From Mobula hypostoma (Eukaryota): 64,000 bases of DNA. Numbering within the stretch: position 1 is the first letter of the stretch; each line of letters opens with the position of its first letter. The position numbers were made by a program, and so were the translations under genes. The stretch covers positions 30,382,001 through 30,446,000 of the forward strand of contig NC_086108.1 of NCBI RefSeq assembly GCF_963921235.1. The letters run 5' to 3'. Positions 63,497-64,000 of this stretch are shown here, piece after piece. The notes under the pieces are model-generated. The model was not told where the DNA came from, made no database searches, and saw nothing but the letters and a program-made list of their open reading frames with translations.

Positions 63497-64000
63497 CTGG
63501 TGGGTCTACTTGAGATTGAAGTAACACATTGAAGTATTCAATGAAGAACTGGGCAGTATGAAAGGAATCATTGTTAAGCTAGGTGTTAAGCCTGACACAA
63601 CACCCAAATAAGGCAAGACCTGTTCCATATGACCTCAAATCAAAGGCAGAGGCTGAATTAGTAAGACTGGCCCAGAATAAGGTATTGGGATCATTGTGTG
63701 TAATCAAACGGACGACTCCAGTGGTTCCTGTCCTAAAAAGGGATGGGTCTTTAAGGCTTTGTGGAGACTTCATGGTAACCATTAACACAGTTCTTATAGC
63801 TGAACAGTCTCTCTTCCCTTCTTTGATTGAATTTTTTGCAGGACTTGCTGGAGGATAGACATTTAGCAAGAATGACTTGCGTCAAGCGTAATAGCAGATG
63901 CACTTGGAGTCAGACTCACAGGAACTATCAACCTTTGCGACTCACAAAGGAGCGTTCAGGTACCGAAGGCTTCCATTTGTGGCATCACCTTAGCTCTTGC
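63497..64000 (+). mobile_element. Ty3/Gypsy RT fragment (runs off the window)
   Basis: KARPVPY, TPVVPVLKRDGSLRLCGDF, LAGG.TFSKNDL and THKGAFRYRRLPF motifs. Confidence 0.85.

Overview
This is eukaryotic, repeat-dominated vertebrate DNA. The mix of CR1, Rex1/Babar, Penelope-derived, Gypsy, Tc1 and tRNA-SINE repeats suggests a cartilaginous fish, probably a ray or skate (inference). One host gene is supported: a three-exon, + strand TNF-superfamily ligand (CDS 46166-46339, 49395-49428, 50570-50931; 189 aa type II membrane protein). It most resembles OX40L/TNFSF4, with TNFSF18/GITRL as the alternative. It has a CpG-rich 5' region and a long AU-rich 3' UTR. The rest is mostly decayed, often nested, transposable elements. 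The most unusual items are: (1) a chimeric retrocopy of two permuted 28S rRNA pieces fused to a CR1 3' tail, with an L1 fragment (17-bp TSD, foldback 5' junction) inserted 7 bp away; (2) a lightly disabled HERO-like retroelement with a restriction-like endonuclease; (3) a ~320-bp inverted duplication inside a Gypsy provirus; (4) several fossil Penelope hammerhead ribozymes, one near-intact in intron 2 of the TNFSF gene. I found no prokaryotic-type system such as CRISPR or an operon. Repeat boundaries are approximate unless a TSD or terminal motif is cited. Family names come from recalled motifs, not database searches.
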